A stretch of 64,000 nt of DNA from an uncultured bacterium (GCA_903870365.1 CAIQCQ010000034.1:2665-66664); one strand, 5' to 3'; positions 39,946 through 50,513 are shown, counted from the first letter of the stretch. The notes: a model not told the origin generated them from the letters alone. Program-made: numbers and translations.

Positions 39946-40068
39946 GAATGTTACGAATTAGATTGAATAATACAAACATTTTAGCATGGAATAGAAGGAG
40001 TTGTGAATATATAGAAAAACAGGCCCCCTCCGTGTGGAAACGAGCCTGTATTATTTTATACTTCTCAC

Positions 40069-40473
40069 TTATGGGGATGGTGCATTTTGATCCTCCAAAT
40101 TAATCATTGCCATTTTGATTGCCTGGAAAACATACTCCTCAGAAGGAACGGGTTCCATTAATTTCAGTGGACATGTAGACACTGATGACAAACCAAAGTA
40201 TAACTTCTGACCGTCATATATAACACAGGCGCACAAACGTATCATGCTAGTTTTAGTATGAGGAACAGCAACGAGTCCGTTCTCAATACCAAAACTTAAA
40301 TCGCACCCGTTAAAAACAGTTTTGGCACGATTGACCGCACCCCTAAGTATTTCTACCAGAGATTTTGGTCGCTCTGATGCCTGAGACGAAAGTTCGACTG
40401 AAGCAACTTTTACTCCATTAAAAACAAGACGTCTAGAAATAAGGTCATGAACAGCCCTCACATTAATTTTCAC
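40069..40473 (-). CDS. Inosine/xanthosine triphosphatase (YjjX/DUF84)-like protein, short or degenerate
   Basis: RGAVNRAK, FGIENGL; N- and C-terminal parts appear reduced. Confidence 0.5.
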   Translation of the reverse strand: MKINVRAVHDLISRRLVFNGVKVASVELSSQASERPKSLVEILRGAVNRAKTVFNGCDLSFGIENGLVAVPHTKTSMIRLCACVIYDGQKLYFGLSSVSTCPLKLMEPVPSEEYVFQAIKMAMINLEDQNAPSP

Positions 40474-40567
40474 AATGATCTTCTCCGCAAATAATATTAC
40501 TTAATATATATAAAAAAACAAGTAGAATTTAAAAATTTACTTAGTGATATACACATAACAGTAGAAA

Positions 40568-40744
40568 ATGGTAAGGAAGGACTTTTCCTCAAAAAAACTC
40601 ACACCATCGTGTGAGTTTTTTCTGGACACCAGATTGGCGACAAACGCTACTGCGTTCGTAGACCGCTGATTCGTGCAAGTCCCTCATACAAAGCTCCGCT
40701 TTATTCTCCGGCACAAAAAAACCGCTCACGCGGATTTTTTCTTG
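40568..40744 (-). repeat. tRNA-3'-associated mini element (after tRNA-Leu CAA)
   Basis: Antisense T-arm GAGGGACTTGCAC, core GGTCTACG...GTCGCCAATCTGGTG, degenerate direct AAGTCCTTCC. Confidence 0.75.
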
Positions 40745-40826
40745 TGCCGGAGGAGGGACTTGAACCCTCATCCCTTTCGAGACACGATTTTGAGTCGTGC
40801 GCGTATACCAATTCCGCCACTCCGGC
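40745..40826 (-). tRNA. tRNA-Leu(CAA)
   Basis: GCCGGAG...CACGA-CTCAAAA-TCGTG, long variable arm, GGTTCAAGTCC. Confidence 0.95.
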
Positions 40827-40848
40827 TTTAGTGCTAGAATACGTCAAA

Positions 40849-41760
40849 ATGAAGCAAAAATCAACACAAAAACCCACCATCATCGTCATCCTTGGACCGA
40901 CTGCCACCGGCAAGTCTGATTTGGCCGTGGCTGTGGCAAAACAACTGCAGGGTGAGGTCATTTCCGCCGACTCACGCCAGATCTACACCGGTCTCAATAT
41001 TGGTACTGGCAAGATCACCACACGCGAGATGTGTGGTATTCCCCATCACCTGCTTGACGTGGTCAATCCCAAAAAAGTTTTCTCCGTGGCTGAATGGCAA
41101 ACCTTGGCGAATAAAAAAATAGAGGAAATACTAGCTCGTGGCCATACACCGATTATAACTGGTGGTACTGGTTTCTATATCCAATCAATCGTCGACAGCA
41201 TTGTTTTGCCAGAGGTTGCACCAAACCCCGTATTGCGTAAAAAACTGGAACAAAAAAGTCTCGAAGAACTCGTGAGTATGTTGAAAAAACTTGACCCAAA
41301 ACGTATTAAAACTATTGATACCAAAAATCCTGTTCGCCTCATCCGAGCCATCGAGATTGCCACTGAGCTCGGTGTGGTGCCCAAGATAAAAAACCTAAAA
41401 AGTCCGTACCATTTTATCCAAATCGGACTGACTGCTGACCCAGAGATTCTCAAAACACGCATCCACACTCGCCTCCTCAAACGAATGAAACAAGGTATGG
41501 TGGCCGAAGCCACACGCCTGCACACAGCCGGCCTGTCGTACAAACGCATGCGCCAGCTTGGACTGGAGTATCGATACCTGGCTGACTTCCTTGAAAAGAA
41601 AATTACACGAGCAGAACTCGTAGAAAATATATACTCAGGAAATATTGATTATGCCCGACGCCAAATGACATGGTTCAAGCGAGATAAAAAGATTCAGTGG
41701 GTTGACGTGGGCGAGAAAAAACTTTTTCAAAAAGTTATGTTGCTTCTACAACCAAACTAA
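40849..41760 (+). CDS. miaA: tRNA dimethylallyltransferase
   Basis: GPTATGKS, ISADSRQIY, PHHLLD, TGGTGFY, YARRQMTWF. Start moved to ATG 40849 to avoid the tRNA. Confidence 0.96.
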   Translation: MKQKSTQKPTIIVILGPTATGKSDLAVAVAKQLQGEVISADSRQIYTGLNIGTGKITTREMCGIPHHLLDVVNPKKVFSVAEWQTLANKKIEEILARGHTPIITGGTGFYIQSIVDSIVLPEVAPNPVLRKKLEQKSLEELVSMLKKLDPKRIKTIDTKNPVRLIRAIEIATELGVVPKIKNLKSPYHFIQIGLTADPEILKTRIHTRLLKRMKQGMVAEATRLHTAGLSYKRMRQLGLEYRYLADFLEKKITRAELVENIYSGNIDYARRQMTWFKRDKKIQWVDVGEKKLFQKVMLLLQPN

Positions 41761-43235
41761 GCTACAAGAAATTTTTCTGGTATATGTTCAAAATCTCCAT
41801 TACTCATAAAGACGACAACATCTCCTTCACATATCTGTTTAGACAAAACACTTAGTGCTTGATTTGGATTTTCTGCGGTGTACATGACCTTACCCATGGC
41901 TGTAATATTTTTCTGTACAACAGAAATATCTATAAAATTATCTTTACTATCACCTGGACGAAACGGTGGTACCACAATAATAGAAAGATCTGCATGTGCA
42001 AGTGCCTCTGGATACACACTTTCAAACGCTTTTCTTCTGCTGGTTATGGATCGAGGTTCAAAAACACACAGTAATCTTTTTTTTGGATAGTGTTGTCGCA
42101 AGCCCTGTAAGGTAACAGAGACCGCAGTCGGGTGATGTGCAAAATCACGAATCACGATAACATCTTTACCTGTGGTGCCTAATATTTCCTGTCGTTCACG
42201 AACACCTGGATATGTTTTGAGACCTTCTCGTATAGCCACCATATCTAGTCCTTCAAATAATGCCAGTGCAAACACAGCGCTGACATTGGCCACATTGTAT
42301 TCACCAAACAGCGGGATTTCTATATCAATATATTTCTCACCTTGTACATGTACAGAAAAAATTGTTCCCGTATTCGTCACCGAAGTGATTTCATACGACA
42401 AATCATTAGATCGTTGGACACCATACACGTACACGTTGCCTGCACACTTGGAAATATCGACATGGGCACAGACTGATTCATGCACAACAAGATGTCCGCC
42501 TGGTGGTATATCATCAACCAAAAACTGAAATGCCTGCTTGTAATCTTCGAATGTTGGATACAAGTCAACATGATCATGCTCAATCGAGGTGATTATTGCA
42601 GAAGTAGGTAGATATCGTAGAAACTTTGGTGCTTTATCAAAATATGCACAGTCATATTCATCACCTTCAAATATGGCGTGCGTGGTATGGACTCCACCGA
42701 CACTGTAACTTTCTCCAGTATGTTGAAACACACCACCAATCAAATATGCAGGATCACATTGTGCAGTCATAAATACATGCACGAGGAGAGAACTCGAGGT
42801 GGTTTTGCCATGTGTCCCCGCCACCACTAATGAACGCTTGTGAGAAATAAGTAACTCTGCCAATACTTCAGAACCAGACATCATAGGAATATCTTTGTCG
42901 CGTGCATACGTCACTTCCTCATCATGTGCCGGAAGCATATTACCTGGCACAAACAAATCAATATCACGCAAATTCTCTATAGACGGAGTTCGGCAATCAA
43001 TGTGGTGGTCACGAAGCACATCGCTCATGGGTGGATGAAAAGAAAAGTCACTACCGGTCACCATGTATCCCGCATCTACCAGCATACAGGCGATGGACGC
43101 CATTGCCTTACCACACACCGCTGATACATGAATCCGGGCACCTGCGACGAGTGTGCCAATTTTTCTTTGTCGTATATGAGCATCTGGTAGGAGATTACGT
43201 TTAGCAAGATAATACAACTCGTAAGATTTCATCAC
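41757..43235 (-). CDS. mpl: Murein peptide ligase Mpl (MurC-like)
   Basis: RIHVSAVCG..M, VAGTHGKTT, EGDEYDCAYFDK.PKF, DFAHHPTA, FEPRS: Mpl-type rather than MurC-type motifs. Confidence 0.85.
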   Translation of the reverse strand: MMKSYELYYLAKRNLLPDAHIRQRKIGTLVAGARIHVSAVCGKAMASIACMLVDAGYMVTGSDFSFHPPMSDVLRDHHIDCRTPSIENLRDIDLFVPGNMLPAHDEEVTYARDKDIPMMSGSEVLAELLISHKRSLVVAGTHGKTTSSSLLVHVFMTAQCDPAYLIGGVFQHTGESYSVGGVHTTHAIFEGDEYDCAYFDKAPKFLRYLPTSAIITSIEHDHVDLYPTFEDYKQAFQFLVDDIPPGGHLVVHESVCAHVDISKCAGNVYVYGVQRSNDLSYEITSVTNTGTIFSVHVQGEKYIDIEIPLFGEYNVANVSAVFALALFEGLDMVAIREGLKTYPGVRERQEILGTTGKDVIVIRDFAHHPTAVSVTLQGLRQHYPKKRLLCVFEPRSITSRRKAFESVYPEALAHADLSIIVVPPFRPGDSKDNFIDISVVQKNITAMGKVMYTAENPNQALSVLSKQICEGDVVVFMSNGDFEHIPEKFLVA

Positions 43236-43296
43236 CCGAGTATATCAAAAAAGTAAACGTAACAAAAAGGGGCAGGCCGTAGCCCACCCCCTTATT

Positions 43297-44289
43297 TTAC
43301 GAACAAAGTATCTCGCGAATTACTTCCCACGAAAAATCAGAGAACCTTTTTCGAGACACCTCGTTGTCACCACAAAAAACACGGTTAGTCAGAATACACA
43401 CAGTAACTGCCGGATCCCGAGTAAAAAACACCCGACACCCCGTCCAGCCGGCAAACAACAACGGCCTGTCTACCGAAATTCCAGTCAGATTTTTCGCGTA
43501 CGGAATATCGAACCCAAGGGCATATTCATAATCCACGATGCCCAGTTTACCAAGCTGATTACTTGATGCTCTATCGTAGAAAAGAGACCGGCGCATTGCA
43601 CCAATCGTGACGTGAAAAATATCTGCAATCATAGCTGCGTCCGAAAACAAACCGGCAGCAACAATATTGTCATGCGGATGATTTGATGACAAAGGATCGT
43701 GGACCAGTCCACGAAGACCCTCATCAGCCCGTGTTGGCACGATCAAGCCTGGTTGAACCAAACCCCGACGAACTGGGTTAAAAAGAAAATTTTCTTTATT
43801 CAAACCACCAAGTAAATGCGTGTGGAGTATATCCTCGATACCTCCAGAAAAAAAACTTTCGAGAAATAAGCCAACGTATGCACTTGCCAAATTATCGTAA
43901 TGAAACTCCTTCTCCCAGTGCGCAAAACCAGTTTTCATTAGAATTTCTTTGAAGGGCCCAAGGTTGCCGATCCGCAACATATCAAAATCAAAAGCATACG
44001 TCTGTACAACGTACGTCATGAAATGCCACAGTTGCCGACCATTACTGTTCGGTACGGACAAAAAGTCACCCAAGTCATCTTCTGGTGATATCGCCTCCTG
44101 AAAAAATAACTTCCACATCAACAGATAGGTCACCGCCTTGGTCAGACTGGATACATCAAACAGTCGTGCACCTTTCGACAAATGTTGACCACCTGAAAAC
44201 TCGATATCAATGGGACCTCTCACACACACATCAAAGTCTGTGAAGAGACCCTCCGCCACACCTCTTTCAAACAGCCTTTGTATGTTCAT
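43297..44289 (-). CDS. Serine hydrolase, beta-lactamase/PBP-like family
   Basis: FDVSSLTK (SxxK), YDN (YxN), G.VHDP, AGLFS, AGWTG, ILTNRV. Confidence 0.75.
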   Translation of the reverse strand: MNIQRLFERGVAEGLFTDFDVCVRGPIDIEFSGGQHLSKGARLFDVSSLTKAVTYLLMWKLFFQEAISPEDDLGDFLSVPNSNGRQLWHFMTYVVQTYAFDFDMLRIGNLGPFKEILMKTGFAHWEKEFHYDNLASAYVGLFLESFFSGGIEDILHTHLLGGLNKENFLFNPVRRGLVQPGLIVPTRADEGLRGLVHDPLSSNHPHDNIVAAGLFSDAAMIADIFHVTIGAMRRSLFYDRASSNQLGKLGIVDYEYALGFDIPYAKNLTGISVDRPLLFAGWTGCRVFFTRDPAVTVCILTNRVFCGDNEVSRKRFSDFSWEVIREILCS

Positions 44290-44504
44290 CTACCAACCTC
44301 CGCAAGCAAGTATACCCACCTCGTAATTTTAAGCAAGAAGGACTTTGTGGGTACAATAGAGTGGATAGTTAAAACCACTAAAATTACTTTATCTTTCTAA
44401 TCAACTCCAAAAATTATTTTATCATGTCTCACAACAACAATGACAGGATAAATTTTTGTATTACCAATTTGTAATAGTCTTTCCATATATTTATATATTT
44501 TTTG

Positions 44505-44634
44505 GAGAAATCTCCCTCGAAAATTTTGCGCCGTCGCTTAAAATTTTCTGGTCACCAGTTTGGCGACAAACTCTGCTGAGTTCGTAGACCACCAAACTGT
44601 TCAATTCCTCGACAAAAAAACTTCGGTTTTTCTG
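44505..44634 (-). repeat. tRNA-3'-associated mini element (after tRNA-Trp)
   Basis: Antisense T-arm CGAGGAATTGAAC, core GGTCTACG...GTCGCCAAACTGGTGACCAGAA, AAGCGACGGCG hairpin. Confidence 0.75.
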
Positions 44635-44705
44635 CGGGCCCACGAGGAATCGAACCCCGGTCGCTCCTTTTGGAGAGGAGTATTCTGCCACTAAACTATA
44701 AGCCC
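44635..44705 (-). tRNA. tRNA-Trp(CCA)
   Basis: GGGCTTA...CTCCT-CTCCAAA-AGGAG...GGTTCGATTCC...TGGGCCCG. Confidence 0.9.
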
Positions 44706-44763
44706 GTAAGTTCTCATACTAACAAAAATTCGCCATTTCGGCGAATTTTTGAATACTTTTTGA

Positions 44764-44919
44764 TTATTTCTTTGCTTCCTTGAAGGTAATCCGCTTTCTC
44801 AGCTTTTTTGAGTACTTCTTGAGCTCGATTTTTCGCTCAACTTTCTTCTTATTCTTGCGCGTCCAATACACCTCTCCGGATGCCTTGTTTTTTATTTGGA
44901 TCAATCTGTCTTGTGACAT
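44764..44919 (-). CDS. rpmG: 50S ribosomal protein L33 (Cys-less type)
   Basis: Manual translation MSQDRLIQIKNKASGEVYWTRKNKKKVERKIELKKYSKKLRKRITFKEAKK*. Confidence 0.92.
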   Translation of the reverse strand: MSQDRLIQIKNKASGEVYWTRKNKKKVERKIELKKYSKKLRKRITFKEAKK

Positions 44920-44958
44920 AGTAGGACCATAATAGCCTAAAATCAGCCAGAGAGCAAG

Positions 44959-45789
44959 CTAGTACTTCCGGCTATTGTTTTCAAACAATTCCATGACCTG
45001 CTTGGTCACTGGACCAACATTGCCTGTACCGATCACCGTGTCCCCCACCTTGACCACCGGTACCACGTCTTTAAAGCTCGAGCTGATAAAACACTCATCG
45101 GCATCATAGAGCTCTTCGAGCGATACGTTACATTCCAGCACTTCTAAGCCCTGTGCTCGAGCGAGATCAATGACCACTTTACGTGTCACTCCATACAAAA
45201 TACTATCTTTTGGTGTCAGAATTTTTCCTCCAGCCACCACAAAAAAGTTACTGGTGGCACATTCCAAAATCTGCCGTCGCCAGGTATACAAAGTTTCGAG
45301 TGCATGAGCTTCCTTCATCTTTTTCTGCAACGGCACCGCACTAATGTAATTGATGGTTTTGTACTCTGGATATTCCCGCAAATGTTCTTTGAGTAGGACA
45401 CTCGCTCCATGTGTATAATATTTTTCGTCAATCGGTTTCCACTCTTCAGTAAAGATATAGAATGTTGGGGTGCTCCGATCGTAATCAATACCACCAATTG
45501 CCTCTCCTCCAGTCAAGATGAACTTGATATTTGTCCGTACAAACCCATTTTTCTCTACCAATTCATACATGATCCGAACAATCTCTTCATCACTGACAGG
45601 AACAGGTATATCCAAAAACTGCGCTGACCTACGAAACCGAGCGAGGTGGTCGTCACACATAAAAACCTTCCCATTTAAAGTGGTCAGGGCTTCGTATATA
45701 CCAAAGCCACGCAACATACCAATATCAAAAATACTCACCTTGGCCTCACTCTCTGGTATGATATCTCCGTTTAAGTAGCAATATCGCAT
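44959..45789 (-). CDS. Class IV aminotransferase (IlvE / D-alanine transaminase-like)
   Basis: RGFGIYE, HLARF, YKTINY, LECATSNFF, ILYGVTR, ADECFISSS. Start set downstream of tRNA-Tyr. Confidence 0.9.
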   Translation of the reverse strand: MRYCYLNGDIIPESEAKVSIFDIGMLRGFGIYEALTTLNGKVFMCDDHLARFRRSAQFLDIPVPVSDEEIVRIMYELVEKNGFVRTNIKFILTGGEAIGGIDYDRSTPTFYIFTEEWKPIDEKYYTHGASVLLKEHLREYPEYKTINYISAVPLQKKMKEAHALETLYTWRRQILECATSNFFVVAGGKILTPKDSILYGVTRKVVIDLARAQGLEVLECNVSLEELYDADECFISSSFKDVVPVVKVGDTVIGTGNVGPVTKQVMELFENNSRKY

Positions 45790-45849
45790 AGTGCTCATGA
45801 TAACAGAAGAGTGAGGAACAAAAAACACCTTTGTAAGGTGTTTTTTTTG

Positions 45850-45932
45850 TGCGCCGAGTTGGACTCGAACCAACGATACCCAATGGGTGGGAGATTTACA
45901 GTCTCCTGGAATAGCCGCTATCCGATCGGCGC
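45850..45932 (-). tRNA. tRNA-Tyr(GTA)
   Basis: GCGCCGA...GGAGA-CTGTAAA-TCTCC, long variable arm, GGTTCGAGTCC. Confidence 0.93.
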
Positions 45933-46019
45933 ATACTTCTGCATATAGGACTGTATCATATTTTTGATATCTAGTAAAAGCATTCTGTTTGCATTTATTT
46001 GGCACAACATAGGAAAAAT

Positions 46020-46391
46020 ATGACCCTCGAAGCTCTTTCTGATTATTTTATCGCTGAAGTAGATCCTTGCCTATCAAATACCTTCATGCTGACGTTTCGG
46101 TATGATGAGGCCACAGTAACCATTCGCCTTAAGTTTGCTGATGAAGAAAGTGGTACCGATATGATCATCACCGGTGTCACGACTCATCCGTTTACGGAGA
46201 GAAAAAGTAATTATGCCAACATAGCGTTGCAACAAGTACTCGACTGGGCTGATGAACAAAACCTATGGAGTATCGAAGCCATACGAGTGAGCAGACGGGA
46301 TGAGTCTTTCTGGAGGAGAAATCATTTCTGGCCAATCGGTAACCCCACCAGAGATTTCAAGTTTACACATACACAAAAGAGGACCGAGTGA
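46020..46391 (+). CDS. Orphan protein, GNAT-fold-like
   Basis: P..ERKSNYA..ALQ.V..WA and SFWRRN.F resemble degenerate GNAT motifs A/B; own SD and terminator. Confidence 0.5.
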   Translation: MTLEALSDYFIAEVDPCLSNTFMLTFRYDEATVTIRLKFADEESGTDMIITGVTTHPFTERKSNYANIALQQVLDWADEQNLWSIEAIRVSRRDESFWRRNHFWPIGNPTRDFKFTHTQKRTE

Positions 46392-46432
46392 ATATACTCA
46401 GTCCTCTTTTTTTATTAGCAACGTAAAATGTT

Positions 46433-49144
46433 TTAACCTTCCGTCACTTCACTAACCACAAAGTTTTCCGTCACCCCAGACTTGCGTGGATTCTTCACAT
46501 CAAAAGTAAACTCCATTGCACCATCACCTTTTTTATCCCCTGCTTTGACCGAGACACTCACACGACTACCCTTGCCCATCTTCTTACCCACCATGAGTGA
46601 GGCAATAGGCGTCAAGATTTTGTTTTGAATCAAACGTTTGAGTGGTCGTGCGCCATACTGTGGGTTGTATCCGTCTTTTGCCAACTGCTCCAACACACCA
46701 TCACTCAACTCTAGTCGAATTTCTTTTTCTGCTAGTCGGCGGACCACCAACTCAACCTGGATTTTCACAATATCTTTAATTATTTCTTTGCCCAATACAT
46801 CAAAGACAATAATATCATCGAGACGGTTCAAAAATTCTGGACGGAAATGGTCTTTCAGTGCTTCGAGTACTTTATTTTTTGCTTCTGTGTAATTTGTTTT
46901 TTCTGTTTGTTCACCTTCACCATGGGCATTAAAGCCAATTTTTTCCATACGATCAATGTACTGCCCACCAATGTTTGAGGTCAGGATGATTACCGTATTG
47001 CGAAAGTTCACTACTCGTCCCTTGGCATCGGTCAGTTTACCGTTGTCGAGGACTTGTAACAAAATATTAAAGACTTCTGGATGGGCCTTTTCTATCTCAT
47101 CAAAGAGAATAACTGAATATGGTCGATGACGCACGGATTCGGTAAAATTACCTGAATCATCGTGGCCAACATATCCTGGAGGTGCGCCGATCAATTTACT
47201 AACGGAATGTTTTTCCATAAATTCTGACATATCGACACGGATCAGCGCTTTGTCGTCGTCAAACATAAACTCAGCCAATGCTTTGGTTAGCTCGGTCTTG
47301 CCCACACCAGTCGGACCAAGGAAGAGGAACGAACCAATTGGTCGGTTTGGATCAGCAATACCGACACGAGAACGCTTGATAGTGTCCGAAATCTTCTTGA
47401 CTGCTTCTACTTGACCGACAATGCGTTCTCGCAAAACTTCTTCCATGCGGTGGAGCTTGTCTGCTTCTTGCTCAAGCATGCGGGAGACCGGCACACCAGT
47501 CCATTTGGAAACAATACGGGCAATATCATCTGCGGTGACTTCTTCTTTCAAGATGCGTCGTGATGACTGCAATTTCTTCAATCGCTTTACACGCAAATCC
47601 AATTCTTTTTCTGTTGCAGGAATAGTACCGTAGCGGATTTCTGCCGCCTTTGCCAAATCCACTCGCGCTTCTGCCGAGTCGGCGTCAAGGCGCAGTTCCT
47701 CCAACTTTTTTTTGATTATTTTAATCTCTACCACCACCTCTTTTTCGTTTTTCCATTTCAAATCAATCTCACCAGTCTTGTCTTTCAAATCTGCGATGGC
47801 TTTTTGAATCTCCGTCACACGAGCCTTTGATTTTAAATCAGTTTCTTTTTTCAAAGCCTCTCGTTCGATTTCAAGTTTGACCAAGGCTGAATGTGCTTCT
47901 TGCAATACTGGTGGCATATTTTCCAAAGCAATCTTTAAATACGATGATGCTTCGTCAATCAAATCCACTGCTTTATCTGGCAAAAATCTATCAGTAATAT
48001 ATCGTGCAGAGAGGTTGACCGCAGCTACAATTGCTTCGTCGGTAATGTGAACACCGTGATACAACTCGTACTTTTCTTTTAATCCACGGAGGATAGTGAC
48101 TGCATCATCAATCGATGGCTCGTTGACATAGACCGGCTGGAAACGTCGTGACAAAGCTGGATCCTTTTCAATATGTTTCTGATATTCACGTAAAGTCGTC
48201 GCGCCAATAGCTCGCAGTTCTCCGCGGGCAAGGGCTGGCTTCAACATATTTGATGCATCGAGAGATCCTTCGGCCGCACCTGCACCCACCAGGGTATGCA
48301 ATTCGTCGATAAACAAGACAATTTTACCGTCAGATTTTTCAATTTCTTTTAAAATATTTTTCAATCGTTCTTCAAATTCACCACGGTATTTGGTACCAGC
48401 TACGAGGAGGCCAAGATCAAGTGAGACCAACTCTTTATCTTTGAGTGATTCTGGTACATCGCCCATAGACATACGAATAGCCAAGCCCTCAGCAATAGCA
48501 GTCTTGCCCACACCAGCTTCACCAATCAAGATGGGATTATTTTTCGTTCGTCGAGATAATATTTGTACAATACGCGAGATCTCTTCTTCACGACCAATAA
48601 CTGGATCAAGTTTGTTCTGCTGAGCAAGCTTGGTGAGTGATCGAGTGTACTTTGATAATGCTTTAAATTTTTTGGGTGAAGATATTTCTTCGTTTTTCTT
48701 TGTTCTGATTTCTTCTACCACCTGCATGACTTGTGGTTTGGTCAATTTAAATCGAGACAGTAAATCACGAGCGACACCAGGAATTTCTAGTGCAGAGATA
48801 AACAAATGTTCTGTAGAAACAAATTCATCGTTCATTTCTCGAGCGATCTTGGCTGAGTTTTCAATCATCTGGGCCAACTCAGGAGTCAGATAAATCTGAT
48901 ACGACGGTGACAAAGTTTGTCCGGCATCAGTCCCCTCGATAGCTTCAATGAGTGAGTCAGTGAGTAAAATAGTATCTATTTCCAGTCGATCAAGCAGTGA
49001 AGGAACAATTGATTCCTCTTGCAAGACAAGGGCCGTCAACAAATGTAGTGGTGAGACGTGGTTTTGACCACGTTCAATAGCCAGCTCGTGTGCTCGGCGA
49101 ATGGCTTCTTTTGCTTTTGTGGTGAAATTATTAAATGGAGGCAT
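46433..49144 (-). CDS. clpB: ATP-dependent chaperone ClpB
   Basis: Two AAA+ modules ([16 protein letters not shown]), [10 protein letters not shown], long middle domain ..[18 protein letters not shown]. Confidence 0.94.
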   Translation of the reverse strand: MPPFNNFTTKAKEAIRRAHELAIERGQNHVSPLHLLTALVLQEESIVPSLLDRLEIDTILLTDSLIEAIEGTDAGQTLSPSYQIYLTPELAQMIENSAKIAREMNDEFVSTEHLFISALEIPGVARDLLSRFKLTKPQVMQVVEEIRTKKNEEISSPKKFKALSKYTRSLTKLAQQNKLDPVIGREEEISRIVQILSRRTKNNPILIGEAGVGKTAIAEGLAIRMSMGDVPESLKDKELVSLDLGLLVAGTKYRGEFEERLKNILKEIEKSDGKIVLFIDELHTLVGAGAAEGSLDASNMLKPALARGELRAIGATTLREYQKHIEKDPALSRRFQPVYVNEPSIDDAVTILRGLKEKYELYHGVHITDEAIVAAVNLSARYITDRFLPDKAVDLIDEASSYLKIALENMPPVLQEAHSALVKLEIEREALKKETDLKSKARVTEIQKAIADLKDKTGEIDLKWKNEKEVVVEIKIIKKKLEELRLDADSAEARVDLAKAAEIRYGTIPATEKELDLRVKRLKKLQSSRRILKEEVTADDIARIVSKWTGVPVSRMLEQEADKLHRMEEVLRERIVGQVEAVKKISDTIKRSRVGIADPNRPIGSFLFLGPTGVGKTELTKALAEFMFDDDKALIRVDMSEFMEKHSVSKLIGAPPGYVGHDDSGNFTESVRHRPYSVILFDEIEKAHPEVFNILLQVLDNGKLTDAKGRVVNFRNTVIILTSNIGGQYIDRMEKIGFNAHGEGEQTEKTNYTEAKNKVLEALKDHFRPEFLNRLDDIIVFDVLGKEIIKDIVKIQVELVVRRLAEKEIRLELSDGVLEQLAKDGYNPQYGARPLKRLIQNKILTPIASLMVGKKMGKGSRVSVSVKAGDKKGDGAMEFTFDVKNPRKSGVTENFVVSEVTEG

Positions 49145-49274
49145 ATAAATAGAGGTTAGAATCTAGAATTAAGAATTACGAATAATAAAAACTGATAAAA
49201 ACCCTTGATAATAACCAAATTATAGCTAAAAAACCAAAATGTCAAAAAAAAGGATATTATCGATAAATTCTCAA

Positions 49275-49322
49275 ACTTCAAGATTCTAGCTTGTAGCTTG
49301 TAGCTTGTAGCTTGTAGCTTCT
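49275..49322. repeat. Heptamer tandem repeat (TAGCTTG)n
   Basis: TAGCTTG four times perfectly, plus degenerate units. Confidence 0.85.
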
Positions 49323-50148
49323 ACTTCGCCACTTGGATCGACTGCAAATCCTGTTTAATAATGGCCGAGGGCAGATATGATTTTGTTGAAGCAAATTCCG
49401 ACAATGATATGCCGATGACATTACCTGATAATGACAAAATAGGGGCACCAGAAACAGCATCGATAGGACTGACATCCCCTTCTACTGAAGATACGGACTT
49501 GGTGGCTGGTGTGGTGCTTGAAGCTGCCGTTTCTTTCATAGTGAGATACGCCACCCGACCCACAGCTACCGCATTACTACTGTCTCCACCAATTGATATA
49601 ATAGTCTGTCCAAGCTGGGCATCATTAACATCCAAAGTAGCTGGTGTAAATGTATACGGCTTCACTGGTTTTGCTTTAAAAAAAGAAACTTGCCATTTTT
49701 TATCTCCGGCAATAGCTACCAATGGAATAGTTACTCCATCTGAAGTCAGTGCCACATAATTCATAACTGGGGAAATATATTGTTTGTCTGCTACAACAAT
49801 ACCGTCACTCGAGATAATTACGCCGAGACTGTACAAGTTGTCGACACTCCCATCTGCATTTTGTTCACGAATACGAACAATCGATGGCGTATTTTTAGCG
49901 ATAGATGAGGTGACACTGTCATCCTCGTTGACCACCACAGTGGTGGTCTGTTTTCCTGTATTTGTACCAGTCACGGCCGCTGGGGTCACAGTCTCGATAG
50001 TTTTCTCTACTACTTGATTAACGGTCTTGGTTAGCTCCACTGGTGCTTGCATGAGCAAAGAGGTGGTCATGATACCGGTAGCAATAGATACGACAAAAGA
50101 GATGAGGATACAGAGGAGAATAATTTGATGTTTGTTGAGATCGTCCAT
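49321..50148 (-). CDS. Membrane-anchored trypsin-like (HtrA-type) protease domain protein, possibly inactive
   Basis: PSIVRI, GVIISSDG, LGQTIISIG, SGAPIL...GNVIGI; catalytic His not evident (ADKQY). Confidence 0.7.
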   Translation of the reverse strand: MDDLNKHQIILLCILISFVVSIATGIMTTSLLMQAPVELTKTVNQVVEKTIETVTPAAVTGTNTGKQTTTVVVNEDDSVTSSIAKNTPSIVRIREQNADGSVDNLYSLGVIISSDGIVVADKQYISPVMNYVALTSDGVTIPLVAIAGDKKWQVSFFKAKPVKPYTFTPATLDVNDAQLGQTIISIGGDSSNAVAVGRVAYLTMKETAASSTTPATKSVSSVEGDVSPIDAVSGAPILSLSGNVIGISLSEFASTKSYLPSAIIKQDLQSIQVAK

Positions 50149-50249
50149 CCCGTTAGAGTTTTAATGAAAACCTTCTAATAATAAAATAGTTTACGTAGTA
50201 AAAAATATATGTACATACTATCAATCCCATAGATAAAACTCTAACGGGA
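50148..50249. mobile_element. Start-codon MITE (protease-like gene)
   Basis: CCA|TCCCGTTAGAG...CTCTAACGGGA|CCA; 102 bp. Confidence 0.88.
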
Positions 50250-50300
50250 CCATAGCGTGTTAAGTATAACAAATCTACATCTCAAAGCCCAAACGTCAAA

Positions 50301-50513
50301 AAATAAACGACCCACGGGCTCACGCCCGGGGTATTCCCGAGATGAATTGGCGAAGCCAATTCATCCTGAAGCAAAGCTTCAGGAAACTTTTGCTTCATCC
50401 CCACGCTCACGCGATGGGGTATTCGCAAAACAAACTGTCGTTTGTTTTGACGTCACATCTCAGAAGTGGAAAAGAGTACTTTTCCACTTCATTCAATGCT
50501 AGTCAAAATAAAA
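50301..50513 (+). mobile_element. ~213-bp non-autonomous palindromic element, copy 2
   Basis: Inverted near-identical copy of 26188-26400. Confidence 0.85.

Noticed and set aside
40744-40848. N-terminal extensions of miaA (and of the aminotransferase up to 46005)
   Set aside because: They run through tRNA-Leu(CAA) and tRNA-Tyr respectively; downstream ATGs fit better.
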